64,000 bases of DNA from an uncultured Alphaproteobacteria bacterium (GTDB lineage Bacteria; Pseudomonadota; Alphaproteobacteria; UBA8366). Below, one piece after another: positions 40,063 to 51,001 of the stretch (position 1 is its first letter; each line of letters opens with the position of its first letter). Under the pieces are notes generated by a model that made no database searches, was not told where the DNA came from, and saw only the letters and a list, made by a program, of their open reading frames with translations. Where the stretch lies: contig CAVQDH010000006.1 in assembly GCA_963711215.1 (NCBI GenBank), positions 176,737 to 240,736 on the forward strand, given 5' to 3'. Position numbers and translations under genes: made by a program.

Positions 40063-42462
40063 TCACGTCTTTGCCCCGCGGCCGCCGAGTAATTCGCCGA
40101 GCCGCCCGAGCCGCATCGGCAGCGTGTCAATTCGGTGGCCGAGCGGGGCGAGCGCATCGTTGACCGCGCTCGCGACCGCCGCGGGAGAGCCGGGATAGCC
40201 GGCCTCGCCCGCGCCCTTCTGCCCGAGCGAGGTCAGCGGCGAGGGCGTGCAGTGCTCTGCGATCTTGACCATCGGGATTTCGAGCGACGAGGGCAGGAGG
40301 TAATCCATGAAGGTGCCGGACAAATGCTGCCCGCTCTCGTCGTATTCGAACTTCTCGTAAAGCGCCGCGCCGATGCCATGCGCGATGCCGCCCAGCATCA
40401 TGCCCTTGACGATCAGCGGGTTGATGACCGTGCCGCAGTCATGCGCGACGTAGTATTCCGGGATCTCGACCTTGCCCGTGCCGGGGTCGATCTCGACCAG
40501 CGCCATATGCGCCTCGAAGGAGAAGCAGGGATACATCTGCACCCGCCCGTCCTTGTCCGGCATCGCGCCGCCCTTCGGAACCTGCAGCGTGTGGCTCGCC
40601 TGCAGGCCGGGCTCGACCCCGGGCGGCATGAGGTGGTTCTGGCGATGGCAGATGCGGACGATCTGATCCCAGGTCAACCGCCGGGACGGATCGTTTGAGG
40701 CGGCGACGGCGCCGTCCTGATAGACCACGGCGTCCGGGCTCAGGCCCAGATTATGCGCGGCGACGCGGATGACGCGGTCGCGGATGATCTCGGCCGCCTT
40801 CTGCGCCGCGCCGCCCAGCATGATCGCCATGCGGCTCGCCACCGGGCTGTTGCCGGGCAGGCTCGATAGCGAGTCCGCGTGGACCACACGGATCGAGGCT
40901 GGATCGAAGCCGAGCGTCTCGCCGATCACCGTCGCGGCCAGCGTCTGGTGGCCCTGGCCGGCGCTCGACGTCACGATCAGCGCGGTGATCGCGCCGAGCC
41001 GGTCGACCTTGACGGTGCAGGATTCCGGCCACAGCGTGGTGTCGTTGCGCGGGTTGAACAGCGGCTCGAAGGCGGCGTTGCCGCCGCCCGGCTCGAGCGC
41101 GGTCGCGATGCCGACGCCGGCGAGCCTGCCCGCTTTTCGGCGTTCGTCGCGCTTCTTGAGAAGCTCGGGATAGGCCGCGAGATCGACGAGCTTCTGCAGC
41201 ACGGCGTGATAGTCGCCGCTGTCGTATTCGGTACCGCTCGGGATCATGTAGGGGAACTGCTCGGCGCGGATCAGGTTGCGCCGCCGCACCTCGACACGGT
41301 CGAGGCCGAGCTGCAGCGCCACGCGATCAATCGCGGATTCGATCGCGAAGGTGGTCGGCGACCAGCCGAAGCCGCGCACGGCGACCTGCGGCGTCTTGTT
41401 GGTGGTGACCGAGATCGCTTCGTATTCCACGCTGGCGATGCGGTAGGGCCCGACGATGGAGCCGACCGGCTTGCCGAGCTGCAGCGGCGCCCGGCCGGGA
41501 TAGGCGCCGCAGTCGTCGAGCGCGCGCATCTTCATCGAGCGGACCGCGCCGTCATCATCGAACGCCACGCTGACGTCGAAGATGCGGTCGGGCCCGTGCG
41601 CGTCGCCGCCCGACATGTTCTCCAGCCGGTCCTCGATCAGCCGCACCGGGCAACCGAGCTTGCGCGCCAGGTAGCCGACGAGGATCGCGTGCTTCAGCCC
41701 GCGCTTGACGCCGTAGCTGCCGCCGACGTCGACGTCCTGGTAGACGCGCACCTGGTTGCTGGCGAGACGCAACGCGTCGGCGATCTGATCGGCGTATTTC
41801 GGCATCTGGATCGAGGCCCAGACGTCGAGGATCTCCTCGCCCGGGTCCCAGCGGGCGACCGCGCCGAAGGTCTCGATCGGCACCGTCGAGCTGCGGCCCC
41901 AGCGCGCCCGGAAACTGAGACTGTGCGGCGACGCGGCGAAGTCTTCCTCGACCGGGCCCCAGACGAATTTGCGGTGGAACAGCACGTTGCTGCCGTGCTT
42001 GGGATGCACCAGCCGCTCCGTCGAGGCGAAGGCCGTCTCCGGGTCGACGACGGCGGGCAACGGCTCATAGGCGACGGCGACCTGCTCGGCCGCGTCTTCT
42101 GCGAGATAGCGGTTGTCCGCGACCACGGCGGCGACCCACTCGCCGGCATAGCGCACGACGCCGGCGGCGAGCGGATACCAGAGGACATCCGGCACATCGA
42201 CGCCATGCTGCATCGATGCGACAGCTTGCTGCAGCTCGTCGCCGGTGAGCACGGCGACGACGCCCGGCATCGCCAAGGCGGCCTTCGTATCGATCGACAG
42301 GATGCGCGCGCTGGCATGCGGGCTGCCGACCAGCGCCACATGCTTCATGCCGGGCAGGCGGATATCGGCGACATACTTGCCGCGGCCGGCGATGAAGCGG
42401 CGGTCTTCCTTGGTCCGCCGCGGCCGGCCGACGAAGCGGTATTTGCCGCCGCCCTCAGTCAT
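40063..42462 (-). CDS. Xanthine-dehydrogenase-family molybdopterin-binding large subunit (CoxL/CutL-like, not a CO-dehydrogenase-type active-site loop)
   Basis: 799 aa. TNKTPQVAVRGFGWSP sits where CODH has AYxCSFR. Conserved catalytic Glu in GQKGAGEAG. Intact. Confidence 0.8.
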   Translation of the reverse strand: MTEGGGKYRFVGRPRRTKEDRRFIAGRGKYVADIRLPGMKHVALVGSPHASARILSIDTKAALAMPGVVAVLTGDELQQAVASMQHGVDVPDVLWYPLAAGVVRYAGEWVAAVVADNRYLAEDAAEQVAVAYEPLPAVVDPETAFASTERLVHPKHGSNVLFHRKFVWGPVEEDFAASPHSLSFRARWGRSSTVPIETFGAVARWDPGEEILDVWASIQMPKYADQIADALRLASNQVRVYQDVDVGGSYGVKRGLKHAILVGYLARKLGCPVRLIEDRLENMSGGDAHGPDRIFDVSVAFDDDGAVRSMKMRALDDCGAYPGRAPLQLGKPVGSIVGPYRIASVEYEAISVTTNKTPQVAVRGFGWSPTTFAIESAIDRVALQLGLDRVEVRRRNLIRAEQFPYMIPSGTEYDSGDYHAVLQKLVDLAAYPELLKKRDERRKAGRLAGVGIATALEPGGGNAAFEPLFNPRNDTTLWPESCTVKVDRLGAITALIVTSSAGQGHQTLAATVIGETLGFDPASIRVVHADSLSSLPGNSPVASRMAIMLGGAAQKAAEIIRDRVIRVAAHNLGLSPDAVVYQDGAVAASNDPSRRLTWDQIVRICHRQNHLMPPGVEPGLQASHTLQVPKGGAMPDKDGRVQMYPCFSFEAHMALVEIDPGTGKVEIPEYYVAHDCGTVINPLIVKGMMLGGIAHGIGAALYEKFEYDESGQHLSGTFMDYLLPSSLEIPMVKIAEHCTPSPLTSLGQKGAGEAGYPGSPAAVASAVNDALAPLGHRIDTLPMRLGRLGELLGGRGAKT

Positions 42463-42979
42463 CGCCGTGCTCCTTCGATGCGGCGGGCGCGCGCTGGTTC
42501 AGCCGGTCGGCGGCGAGCTCGATCGCCTCGACGATCTGGCCATAGCCGGTGCAGCGGCAGAGGTTGCCGCTGATCGCCTTGCGGATCTCCTGGCGCGAGG
42601 GGTCGGGATTGCGCTGCAGCAGCGCGTGCGCGGCGATCAGCATGCCGGGCGTGCAATAACCGCATTGCAGCGCGTGGGTCTCCCAGAAGCAGTCCTGGAT
42701 CAGGCTCAGCCCGCCGTCCGGCTCGGCGAGCCCTTCGACCGTCGTGATGCGGTGGCCGTCCGCCTGCACCGCGAACATCAGGCAGGCGCGGATCGGCGTG
42801 TCGTCGTGCAGCACCGAGCAGGCGCCGCAGACGCCATGCTCGCATCCGACATGGGTCCCGGTGAGATCCAGCCCATCGCGCAGGAAGTCGAGCAGCGTCA
42901 GCCTGGGCTCGACCGAAGCGCTGTGCGCTACGCCGTTGACGATAACCGTGACTGGCACCGTGATGCGCTTTTCCGACAT
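42455..42979 (-). CDS. (2Fe-2S)-binding small subunit of the molybdenum hydroxylase (CoxS-like)
   Basis: CEHGVCGACSV and CGYCTPGM...CRCTGY cluster motifs. Overlaps the large-subunit start. Confidence 0.9.
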   Translation of the reverse strand: MSEKRITVPVTVIVNGVAHSASVEPRLTLLDFLRDGLDLTGTHVGCEHGVCGACSVLHDDTPIRACLMFAVQADGHRITTVEGLAEPDGGLSLIQDCFWETHALQCGYCTPGMLIAAHALLQRNPDPSRQEIRKAISGNLCRCTGYGQIVEAIELAADRLNQRAPAASKEHGDD

Positions 42980-42983
42980 GGCC

Positions 42984-43866
42984 CTAGCCTTCCGCCCCGG
43001 CGTTCCGCGCCGCCTGAAGGATGGCGCGCAGGGTCAGGCTGCGCGCCATGTGGCGGCGTGCGCCGGCGCCGGCGTGCAGGTCCGACGACGGATCGATCGC
43101 ATCGTCGATCAACGGCAGCAGGGCCTCGACGGCTTCTTCGTCCGGGCGCCGGTCGATCAGCGCTGTCTCGAGGGCGGCAAGGCGGACGGGCGTCGGCGCG
43201 GCGTTGGCGACCGCGACGGCGGCCCGGCGGCAGACCCCGTCCTTGTCGAGCGCGAGCTGCGCCGCGGCGGCGACGATGGCGAAGTCGCTGTCGCGTGAGC
43301 TTACCTCCTGAAACCCGGCGCCGATGCGGCCGTCGCCGGCCCAGACCGGGAAGTGCACCGCGCGCAGGCATTCGCCGGGCTCGAGCGCCGTCATCATCGG
43401 CCCCAGGAAGAAATCCGCCGCGGCGATCTGCCGGTCGCGCGCACCGTCCGTCGCCGTGATGCGGGCCTCGAGAGTCGCGGCGACGAGGCCGATCTCTGCC
43501 GAAGGGTCGGCATGCGCCAGGCTGCCGCCGACGGTGCCGCGATTGCGCGTCTGGTCGTGACCGATGAAGGGGAGGGCGAGTGCCAGCAGCGGCAGGTCCG
43601 CGGCGACGATGCCGGAGCGCGCGGCCTCGGCCTGGCGTGTCGCCGCGCCGATGGCAACGTTCGTGCCGTCGCGCGTGATGCCGGAGAGCTCCGTCGACCG
43701 CATTGATGTCGACCAGCAGCCCCGGCCGCACCAGCCGCATCGCCATCATCGGCACCAGCGACTGGCCGCCGGCGATGATGCGCGCTTCCACGCCGTCATC
43801 GGCGAGATAGCGGCAGACCTCGGTCAGCGACGCCGGCCGGACGTAGTCGAAAGCGGCTGCTTTCAT
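42984..43866 (-). pseudogene. FAD-binding medium subunit of the molybdenum hydroxylase (CoxM-like), frameshifted near 43693
   Basis: MKAAAFDYVRPASLTEVCRYLADDGVEARIIAGGQSLVPMMAMRLVRPGLLVDINAV (ORF 42928..43866 frame) joins ELSGITRDGTNVAIGAATRQ... (ORF 42984..43703). An extra G in gacGGagc explains the shift. Confidence 0.8.
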
Positions 43867-43984
43867 TTGGTTGGCTCCAAATTTATCGACCGCGGGTAGC
43901 AGCAGGATCGCACCCTACGCAATTTATCTATAGTATCTACGCGACGGTGACAAAGCCGGTTAACAGGCCACGGTGCCGCGTCTT

Positions 43985-44087
43985 AGAGCAACCTGCGTCC
44001 GATCGGACGCAGATAAGTTGCTCTAACCTTTTAAGACAGATCAATTTACCTGCAATCAGGTGAGGTCACCTGATTGCAGATTGATCT
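43985..44087 (+). repeat. REP/MITE-like intergenic element, copy B (two tandem hairpins)
   Basis: Collinear with 16221-16323. My hand alignment gives 12 mismatches in 103 positions, 5 of them in the two hairpin loops. It ends 12 nt before the ATG of the TauD-like gene. Confidence 0.85.
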
Positions 44088-44099
44088 GGGGAGGAATGC

Positions 44100-45200
44100 A
44101 TGGTCGCGCAAGAAGCAAGGCAGGCGAGCCGCGCCGCACGCCGCCGGGAGCCTGCCGTTCCGTTCCACCCTGTCATCGATCCCGCCGGCTGGCGGGCGGA
44201 GGAGCTGCGGGCGAGCGGCGAGCACATATTTCATTTCACCGACAGTGATCTGGGCGAAATCGGCGCGGCGATCCGCAACGTGGAAGCTCGCGCCGTTTCG
44301 ATCATGAAAATCACCGCGAAGGATTTCCCCTTGCCGACGCTCGGCGCCAAGCTCGCCGGCATCCGGGACGAGATTCTGGACGGGCGCGGCTTCGTCCAGA
44401 TGCGGGGCTTCGAGCCGCAAGGCTACACGGCGCTGCAGCAGGCGATCGCCTTCTGGGGCATCTCGATGCATCTGGGCGAGCGGGTCGCGTCGCAAAACGC
44501 CAAGGGACATGTGCTCGGCCATATCACCGATATCGGCGAAACGGTGCGCAACCCGGATCAGCGCGGGCCTTATTCGAGCGACCGCATTCCCTATCATGTC
44601 GACTGCTGCGACATCGTCGGCCTGATGTGCATCAGCCCGGCCAAGTCCGGCGGCGAGAGCGGCATCGCCAGCTCGATCACCATCCACAACGAGCTGCTGC
44701 GCCGCCGGCCCGATCTGCTGCCGGTCCTGACCGAGCCGTACTACCGCGATCGGCGGGGCGAGGTGCCGCAGGGGATGGAGCCCTGGTACAAGATCCCGAT
44801 CTTCAACTACAACAAGGGCTATCTCACGACCAACATCGAGCCGACTTATATCGGCTCGGCGCATCGCCATCCCGGCGTGCCGGAAATGACGCCGCTGCAG
44901 CGCGAAGCGATGGACTATGTTCAACAGCTGGCGCAGGAGCTGCGCCTCGACATCGACTTTCACCGCGGCGACATGCAGTTCCTCAACAATCACGTCATCA
45001 TGCACACGCGCCAGGCATTTGAGGACTATCCGGAGATCGAGCGCCGGCGGCACCTGCTGCGGATCTGGATCATCGCCAAGGGATGCCGGCCGCTGCCGCG
45101 GGCCTATTTCGCGCGGCACGGCGATCCGGATGCGGTGGACTGGCCCGGCGGTATCGTCGGGCCGGACACGGTGCTTAACGCGCCCGTGGAGCGGGTCTGA
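44100..45200 (+). CDS. TauD/TfdA-family Fe(II)/2-oxoglutarate-dependent dioxygenase, paralogue 1
   Basis: 366 aa. HVD facial-triad motif (IPYHVDCCD) and distal His (NNHVIMHTR). GGAGG RBS. Intact. Confidence 0.8.
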   Translation: MVAQEARQASRAARRREPAVPFHPVIDPAGWRAEELRASGEHIFHFTDSDLGEIGAAIRNVEARAVSIMKITAKDFPLPTLGAKLAGIRDEILDGRGFVQMRGFEPQGYTALQQAIAFWGISMHLGERVASQNAKGHVLGHITDIGETVRNPDQRGPYSSDRIPYHVDCCDIVGLMCISPAKSGGESGIASSITIHNELLRRRPDLLPVLTEPYYRDRRGEVPQGMEPWYKIPIFNYNKGYLTTNIEPTYIGSAHRHPGVPEMTPLQREAMDYVQQLAQELRLDIDFHRGDMQFLNNHVIMHTRQAFEDYPEIERRRHLLRIWIIAKGCRPLPRAYFARHGDPDAVDWPGGIVGPDTVLNAPVERV

Positions 45201-45248
45201 CCGAAAAGCGCCGCTGCGGCGCCGCGTATCCGGTCGGCCGGAGGATTG

Positions 45249-48200
45249 CTAGATCATTCCGCGGCGCGCCGGCCGTCGATCCCGGGAGCGGGGCGTCTGA
45301 CGATGTGCGGCTGGGTGCCGCCACGCCGTCCACTTGTCGCCCAGCCAGTCGAGATAGAGATAGATCACCGGCGTCAGATAGAGCGTCAGGACCTGCGACA
45401 GCAACAGCCCGCCGACGACGGCGATGCCGAGCGGCCGCCGCGCCTCGGAGCCCGCGCCGACACCGAGCGCGATCGGCAGCGTCCCGACCAGGGCCGCCAT
45501 CGTCGTCATCATGATCGGCCGGAAGCGGATGAGGCAGGCGTTGCGGATGCAATGCTCGGCCGGCTTGCCGTCTTCGCCGCGCTGCTCCTTGAGCGCGAAA
45601 TCAATCATCATGATGGCGTTCTTCTTGACGATGCCGACCAGCATGATGATGCCGACGAAGGCGTAGAGGCTCAGCGGCACGTTGAAGATCGACAAGGCCA
45701 GCAAGGCGCCCAACCCGGCGGAGGGAAGGCCGGACAGGATGGTGAGCGGGTGGATGAAGCTCTCGTACAGCACGCCCAGCACGATGTAGACCACGAGGAT
45801 CGCCATGAGCAGGAGCAGGCCGAGCCCCTTCAGCGAGGCTTGGAACGCCTGGGCGGTGCCCTGGAAGCTGGTGCTGAGCGTCGCCGGCAGCTTCAGATCG
45901 CCCTGCAGCTTCTCGATCGCGGCAACCGCGGTTCCGAGCGACATTCCGGGCGCCAGATTGAACGAGACCGTCACCGCCGGGAGCTGCCCCATGTGGCTGA
46001 CGGTCAGCGGGCCGACGCCGCGCTGGATGGTCGCGAGCGCGCTCAGTGGCGCCAGCTTGCCGCTCGCCGCATGGATGTAGAGCTTGTCGAGCGCCCTCGG
46101 GTCGCTGCGGTATTCGGGCGCGACTTCCAGGATCACCTGGTACTGGTTGGAGGGCGTGTAGATCGTCGAGATCTGCTGCGATCCGTAGGCGCTGGCGAGC
46201 GCCGTCTCGATTTGCGACGCGTTGATGCCCAGCCGTGCCGCCTTGTTACGGTCGATGGCGACATGGACGGTCGGGCTCGAGATATTCATGTCCGTCGTGA
46301 CGTCCTGGAAGCCGGGCAATCGGGCGAGCGCCTGGCTGAACGACGCGGCGGACCCGTATAGGCGCTTCAGGTCGAGGTCCTGCATCGTGTACTGGTACTG
46401 CGCCTTGGTCAGCAGCCCGCCGATGCGGATCGGCGGCGGGTTCTGCAGGTAGACGCTGATGCCCGGCACCTTGGCGAATTTCGGACGCAGCGATTGGATG
46501 ACCTGGTCCGCGTTCAGCTTGCGCTGGTCGCGCGGCTTGAGCCGTATGACGAGGAGGCCGGAATTCGTGGTGAGGCGGGATCCGGCGACGCCGACCGACG
46601 ACATGAAGGCGGCGACGTTCGGATCCTTGCGCAGGATCTCGATGACCTTTTCCTGATGGCGGACCATCGATGCGAAGGAAGAGTCCTGGCCGCCCTCGGT
46701 GAAGGCGATGATCTGGCTGATGTCCTGGCTCGGCAGAAAATCCTTCGGGATGCGGGCGAACAGATAGGCGCTCGCCAGGATCGTCAGGAAGAAGACGACG
46801 AGAACCGCCCGCGAATGGTCGATACACCAGTCCAGGCTGCGCTGATATCCGGAATGGAGATGCTGGAATCCCCGCTCGCTGATCTGCAGCAGGGCATTGT
46901 CCTTGCTCTCCGCCTCGCTCTTGAGGAGCCGGCTGCACATCATCGGCGTCAAGGTGAGCGACACGAAGCCGGACACGATGATCGCCAGCACCACCGTCAC
47001 GGCGAATTCGTTGAGCAGCCGGCCGACGATACCGCCCATGAACAGGATGGGAATGAACACCGCGATGAGCGAAGCCGTCATCGACAGAATGGTGAAGCCG
47101 ATCTCCTTCGATCCCTTGAGCGCGGCTGCCAACGGGGCTTCGCCCGCTTCGCGATGGCGAACGATGTTTTCCAGCATGACGATCGCGTCGTCGACGACGA
47201 AATCCGACCGAAAGCGTCAGGGCGAGCAGCGACAGGTTGTCCAGGCTGAAACCGAAAATGTACATGCCGGCGAAGGCGCCGATCGTGGAAATCGGCAGCG
47301 CCAGGCTGGCGATGATCGTGGCGGTCAGACGCCGCAGGAACAGGAAGATGACGAGGATGACGAGAAGGCCCGCGAGTATGAGCGTGAACTGCACGTCTTC
47401 GACGGAAGCGCGGATGGACTGGCTTCGGTCATAGAGCTGGGACAGGTGGACAGACGCCGGAAGCTGCGCCCTGAAGGCCGGCAATACTTTGTTGATCGCG
47501 TCGACGATCTCGACCGTATTGCTGCCCGGCTGCCGCTGGATCGCCAGGATCACGGCGCGGTCGCCGTTGTACCAGCTGGCCACCCGGTCGTTCTCGACGC
47601 TGTTGACGACGCGGCCGAGCTCCTTGAAATACAGCGGCGCGCCGTTGCGGAAGGTCGCGATCTGCGAAAGATAGGCCGCCGCGTTCGTGAGCTGTCCGGT
47701 CGCCTGGACGGTGAAGGCCTGGTTCGGGCCTTGAAGGATACCCGTGGGGAGGTTGACGTTCGCGGCCTGCACGGCGGCGGCGACCTGGTCGATGCCGATC
47801 TGGTGTGCGGCCAGGGCATCCGGATCGAGCTGGACGCGAACGGCGAACTTCTGCGACCCGTAGACCTGAACCTGGGCCACGCCTGTGATCGTCGAGAGCC
47901 GCTGCGCCAGCATGTTTTCCGCGTATTCGTCGACCATGTATAGCGGCAGGTTGGGCGAGCTGAGCGCAAGGTAGAGGATCGGCAGCTCGGCCGGGTTCAC
48001 CTTGCGAAAGGTCGGCGGCGTCGACAGCGTGCTCGGCAACTGGCGCAGCGCGGCCGAGATCGCCGCCTGGACGTCCTGCGCGGCCGCATCGATATTGCGG
48101 TCCAAGGTGAACTGAAGCGCGATCTGCGACGTTCCCTGCGCGCTGGTCGAGGTCATCGAGACGACGCCGGCGATGGTCGAAAACTGACGCTCGAGCGGCA

Positions 48201-48393
48201 GCGCCACGGATGACGCCATCGTTTCCGGGTCGGCGCCCGGCAGGTTGGCGGTCACCTGGATGGTCGGGAAGTCGACTTTCGGAAGCTCGCTGACCGGCAA
48301 GGTCCTGTAAGCGGCGAGACCGAAAAAGACGAGCGCGGAGACCAGCAGCGTCGTCATCACCGGACGACGGATACAGAGCTCCGGCAAATTCAT
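45249..48393 (-). pseudogene. RND efflux transporter permease (AcrB/MdtC-like), frameshifted near 47201
   Basis: ORF 46246..48393 is RND-like from MNLPELCIRRPVMTTLL... up to ...LALTLSVGF. It continues as VVDDAIVMLENIVRHREAGE... in ORF 45249..47177. An extra T in ggaTTTcgtc explains the shift. Confidence 0.85.
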
Positions 48394-49580
48394 TGGGAGG
48401 CTTCCTTGGCCGCCGCCTTTGGTTCCGCGGCCTTCGGTGTCTCGGTCGCCGCCGTGCGCGCGCCCGGATAAAGGCGGAGCTGTCCGTCGGTCACCACCTG
48501 TTCGCCGGCCTTCAGGCCCGAGCGGATGACGATGTCCGATCCCGTCGTCTCGCCGACCGTGACCGGCCGCATGTCGACCGTCTTGTCGGGCTTCACGACG
48601 AAGACATATTCGCCTTTCTGCCCGGTCTGGACGGCCTGCGCCGGAATGACGATAGCGTCCGGGATCGTCGCGAGCCGCAGGACAACGGTCACGAACTGGC
48701 CGGGCAGAAGCAATTCGTCGTCATTCGGGAGCGTGGCCTTGACGAGCACCGTCCCCGTCGTGCTGTCGATCGCATTGTTGATGAAGCTGACGACCCCCTT
48801 CTGCGGGGGACGCTTGACGTTCGGCGCCGAGACTTCGACCTCGAGCTTTTCCTTGGCCATACGCTGGCGGATCTCGAAGGCGTATTGCTCAGGCACCGAG
48901 AAGGTGACGTAGATCGGCTTCGTCTGATTGATCACGACGAGCGGAACATCGTTGGCCTTCACCAGATTCCCGGCATCGACCTGCGTGTCGGCAGTGCGGC
49001 CGTCGATCGGCGAGTCGATCTCGGTGTAGCCCAGCTGAAGGTGAACCCCGTCGATAGCGGCCTGATCGGTGTTGATCGTCTGCTCGAGCGCCGCGACCGT
49101 CGTGCGGGCGAGGTCGAGTTGTTGCTGGGCGGCATATCCTTTGCGGTGAAGCTCCTCGGTCCGCTTGAGGTCGTTGCGCGCATTCTCGAGCTGGGCGCGG
49201 TCGCGGGCGAGGACCGCCGTTGCCTGGGTGAGCTGCATCTGGAACGGCCGCGGATCGATTTTGTAAAGCCGCTCGCCCTTCTTGACCGCCTGGCCGTCGA
49301 CGAAATGGACATCCATGAGCTCGCCGTCGACCCGCGACTTTATCGCGACCGTGGCATAGGCCTGCGCGTTGCCGACGGCGCGGATCGTGACGGGAACCGC
49401 TTCTTCCCGGACGGTCGCCACGACGACGGGGACCGGGCCGCTGGCCCGCGACCGTCCCTGCTTGGCCTGGTTCGGCGAATGCGATCCGGGCCCAAACAGA
49501 AAATAGCCGCCGCCCGCTATCAACAAGACGGCGACGCCGAGCACGAGCAGTTTGTTTCTGTTCATAATAGTAGGGGGCAT
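48390..49580 (-). CDS. RND efflux periplasmic adaptor (membrane fusion protein)
   Basis: 396 aa. N-terminal anchor, coiled-coil region and beta-barrel regions. The stop overlaps the RND permease start (ATGA). Confidence 0.85.
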   Translation of the reverse strand: MPPTIMNRNKLLVLGVAVLLIAGGGYFLFGPGSHSPNQAKQGRSRASGPVPVVVATVREEAVPVTIRAVGNAQAYATVAIKSRVDGELMDVHFVDGQAVKKGERLYKIDPRPFQMQLTQATAVLARDRAQLENARNDLKRTEELHRKGYAAQQQLDLARTTVAALEQTINTDQAAIDGVHLQLGYTEIDSPIDGRTADTQVDAGNLVKANDVPLVVINQTKPIYVTFSVPEQYAFEIRQRMAKEKLEVEVSAPNVKRPPQKGVVSFINNAIDSTTGTVLVKATLPNDDELLLPGQFVTVVLRLATIPDAIVIPAQAVQTGQKGEYVFVVKPDKTVDMRPVTVGETTGSDIVIRSGLKAGEQVVTDGQLRLYPGARTAATETPKAAEPKAAAKEASQ

Positions 49581-49806
49581 CGCCCCTGCCGGAGACAGTG
49601 GTTTTACTGGGCTGTCCCGGCCATCCGAAGAAGATAGTGCGTCCGATTATCCTAACAAAAGGCTCCGCATCTTAATTTTAAGACATTGATTTGGCAAAGG
49701 GATGTCCGGGGCGCGCCGATCACATTCCAGTGCGATCGGCGGGCTTGTCCGGCCCGTCCGGAAGTGGCGGAACGGAACCGCAGCTACCGCTCTCTGCCGG
49801 CGTTCG

Positions 49807-50619
49807 CTAGCCGCTGCGGCCGGCCTTCTGCATCTTGTCCCAATCGAACAGCGTCGGCTCCTTGTCCAGGAACCGCTTCACCGCCGCTTCGTGATAAGCG
49901 GTGTCATGGGCGGTCGCCTGGCCAAACGCCTCGAGCTCGCCGAGCGCGCGGAAATCGAGGTTGAACGACTGGTTCATGATGTTCTTCGACAGGCCGATCG
50001 CCTGGCGCGACGCATTGCGGAACCGCTCGGCCAGGGCGACCGCGGCGTCCATCAGCGCCTCCGGCTCGTGAATGGCGTAGACGATGCCCAGCTCCTTGCC
50101 TTCCTCGGCGTCGAAGGAACGGGCCGAGAAAACCAGCTCTTTCGCCCTCTGCAGGCCGACGATGCGGGGCAGAAGGAACAGGCCGCCGACGTCGGGGATC
50201 AGGCCCACGCGGCCGAAAACTTCGCAGAAACGCGCGCGCGTCGAGGCGAGGATGAAGTCGGCGGCCAGCGCAATATTGATGCCGGCGCCGTAAGCCGCGC
50301 CGTCCACGGCCGCAATCACCGGCAGCTCGAGGCTGACCCATTCGTAGAGCCACGAATAGATGTCCTGGATGCGCTTGCGGCTTTCGAAGGGCGTGCGCTT
50401 GCCCTGAGCCATCCCCTGGATATCGCCGCCGGCGCAGAATGCGCCGCCCGCGCCCGTGATGATCACCGCATAGAGCGACGTGTCATCGCGGATTTGCAGC
50501 ACGACCTGGGAAAGCTCGTCGCGCATCGAGAGATCGAGCGCGTTGCGTTTCTCGGGCCTGTTCAGCGTGATGATCGCAAGACCATTGCGCACGTCGTATT
50601 TGAGTGATTCGAAACTCAT
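49807..50619 (-). CDS. Enoyl-CoA hydratase/isomerase (crotonase) family protein
   Basis: Starts MSFESLKYDVRNGLAIITLNRPEKRNALD. Contains ITGAGGAFCAGGDI and AAVDGAAYGAGINIAL. GGAG RBS. Confidence 0.85.
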   Translation of the reverse strand: MSFESLKYDVRNGLAIITLNRPEKRNALDLSMRDELSQVVLQIRDDTSLYAVIITGAGGAFCAGGDIQGMAQGKRTPFESRKRIQDIYSWLYEWVSLELPVIAAVDGAAYGAGINIALAADFILASTRARFCEVFGRVGLIPDVGGLFLLPRIVGLQRAKELVFSARSFDAEEGKELGIVYAIHEPEALMDAAVALAERFRNASRQAIGLSKNIMNQSFNLDFRALGELEAFGQATAHDTAYHEAAVKRFLDKEPTLFDWDKMQKAGRSG

Positions 50620-50978
50620 GGCTGGCTCCGTCAGTCCCTGTCTTATTCGGCTGGCGCAGCAGCTGGGCATTGGAGCCGCGGCGCAGAGATGGCGTAAGGC
50701 TTAACGCGATACCTTATACTTTGATCTTAAAGCAATGCGTTTGTAATCGAAAATATACTAACTACTTATCAAAACTAGAAAATCGAGTGCTCCCAGCTAT
50801 TCTTGGGTAGATTTGCAGCAAGAAATACGGCGATTCACGAAAAGGGAAATGGCACCCTCCCATCGGCGGCGGCTTGGGAAGACAAGGCTCGCGCCGGCAT
50901 TCCCCGGTATTGAGCCGACAGCGCGCGTCTCCGCCGCGGCCATTTTTCCGGCTTGGTGCTTGGGCCAATCGCAATAGT

Positions 50979-51001
50979 TTTAAACCTATAATAGGTTTAA
51001 A
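50979..51001. promoter_or_regulatory. Perfect 11-1-11 AT-rich palindrome immediately 3' of TauD paralogue 2 (weak terminator hairpin or protein-binding site)
   Basis: tttaaacctat-a-ataggtttaaa. It ends 3 nt from the TAG stop of gene 51005..52093. Confidence 0.45.

Noticed and set aside
50762-50974. 70-aa minus-strand ORF in the AT/GC mosaic spacer.
   Set aside because: It has no RBS, spans the composition boundary, and its sequence is implausible. The plus-strand 43-codon ORF is only marginally better and is reported as low-confidence within a finding.
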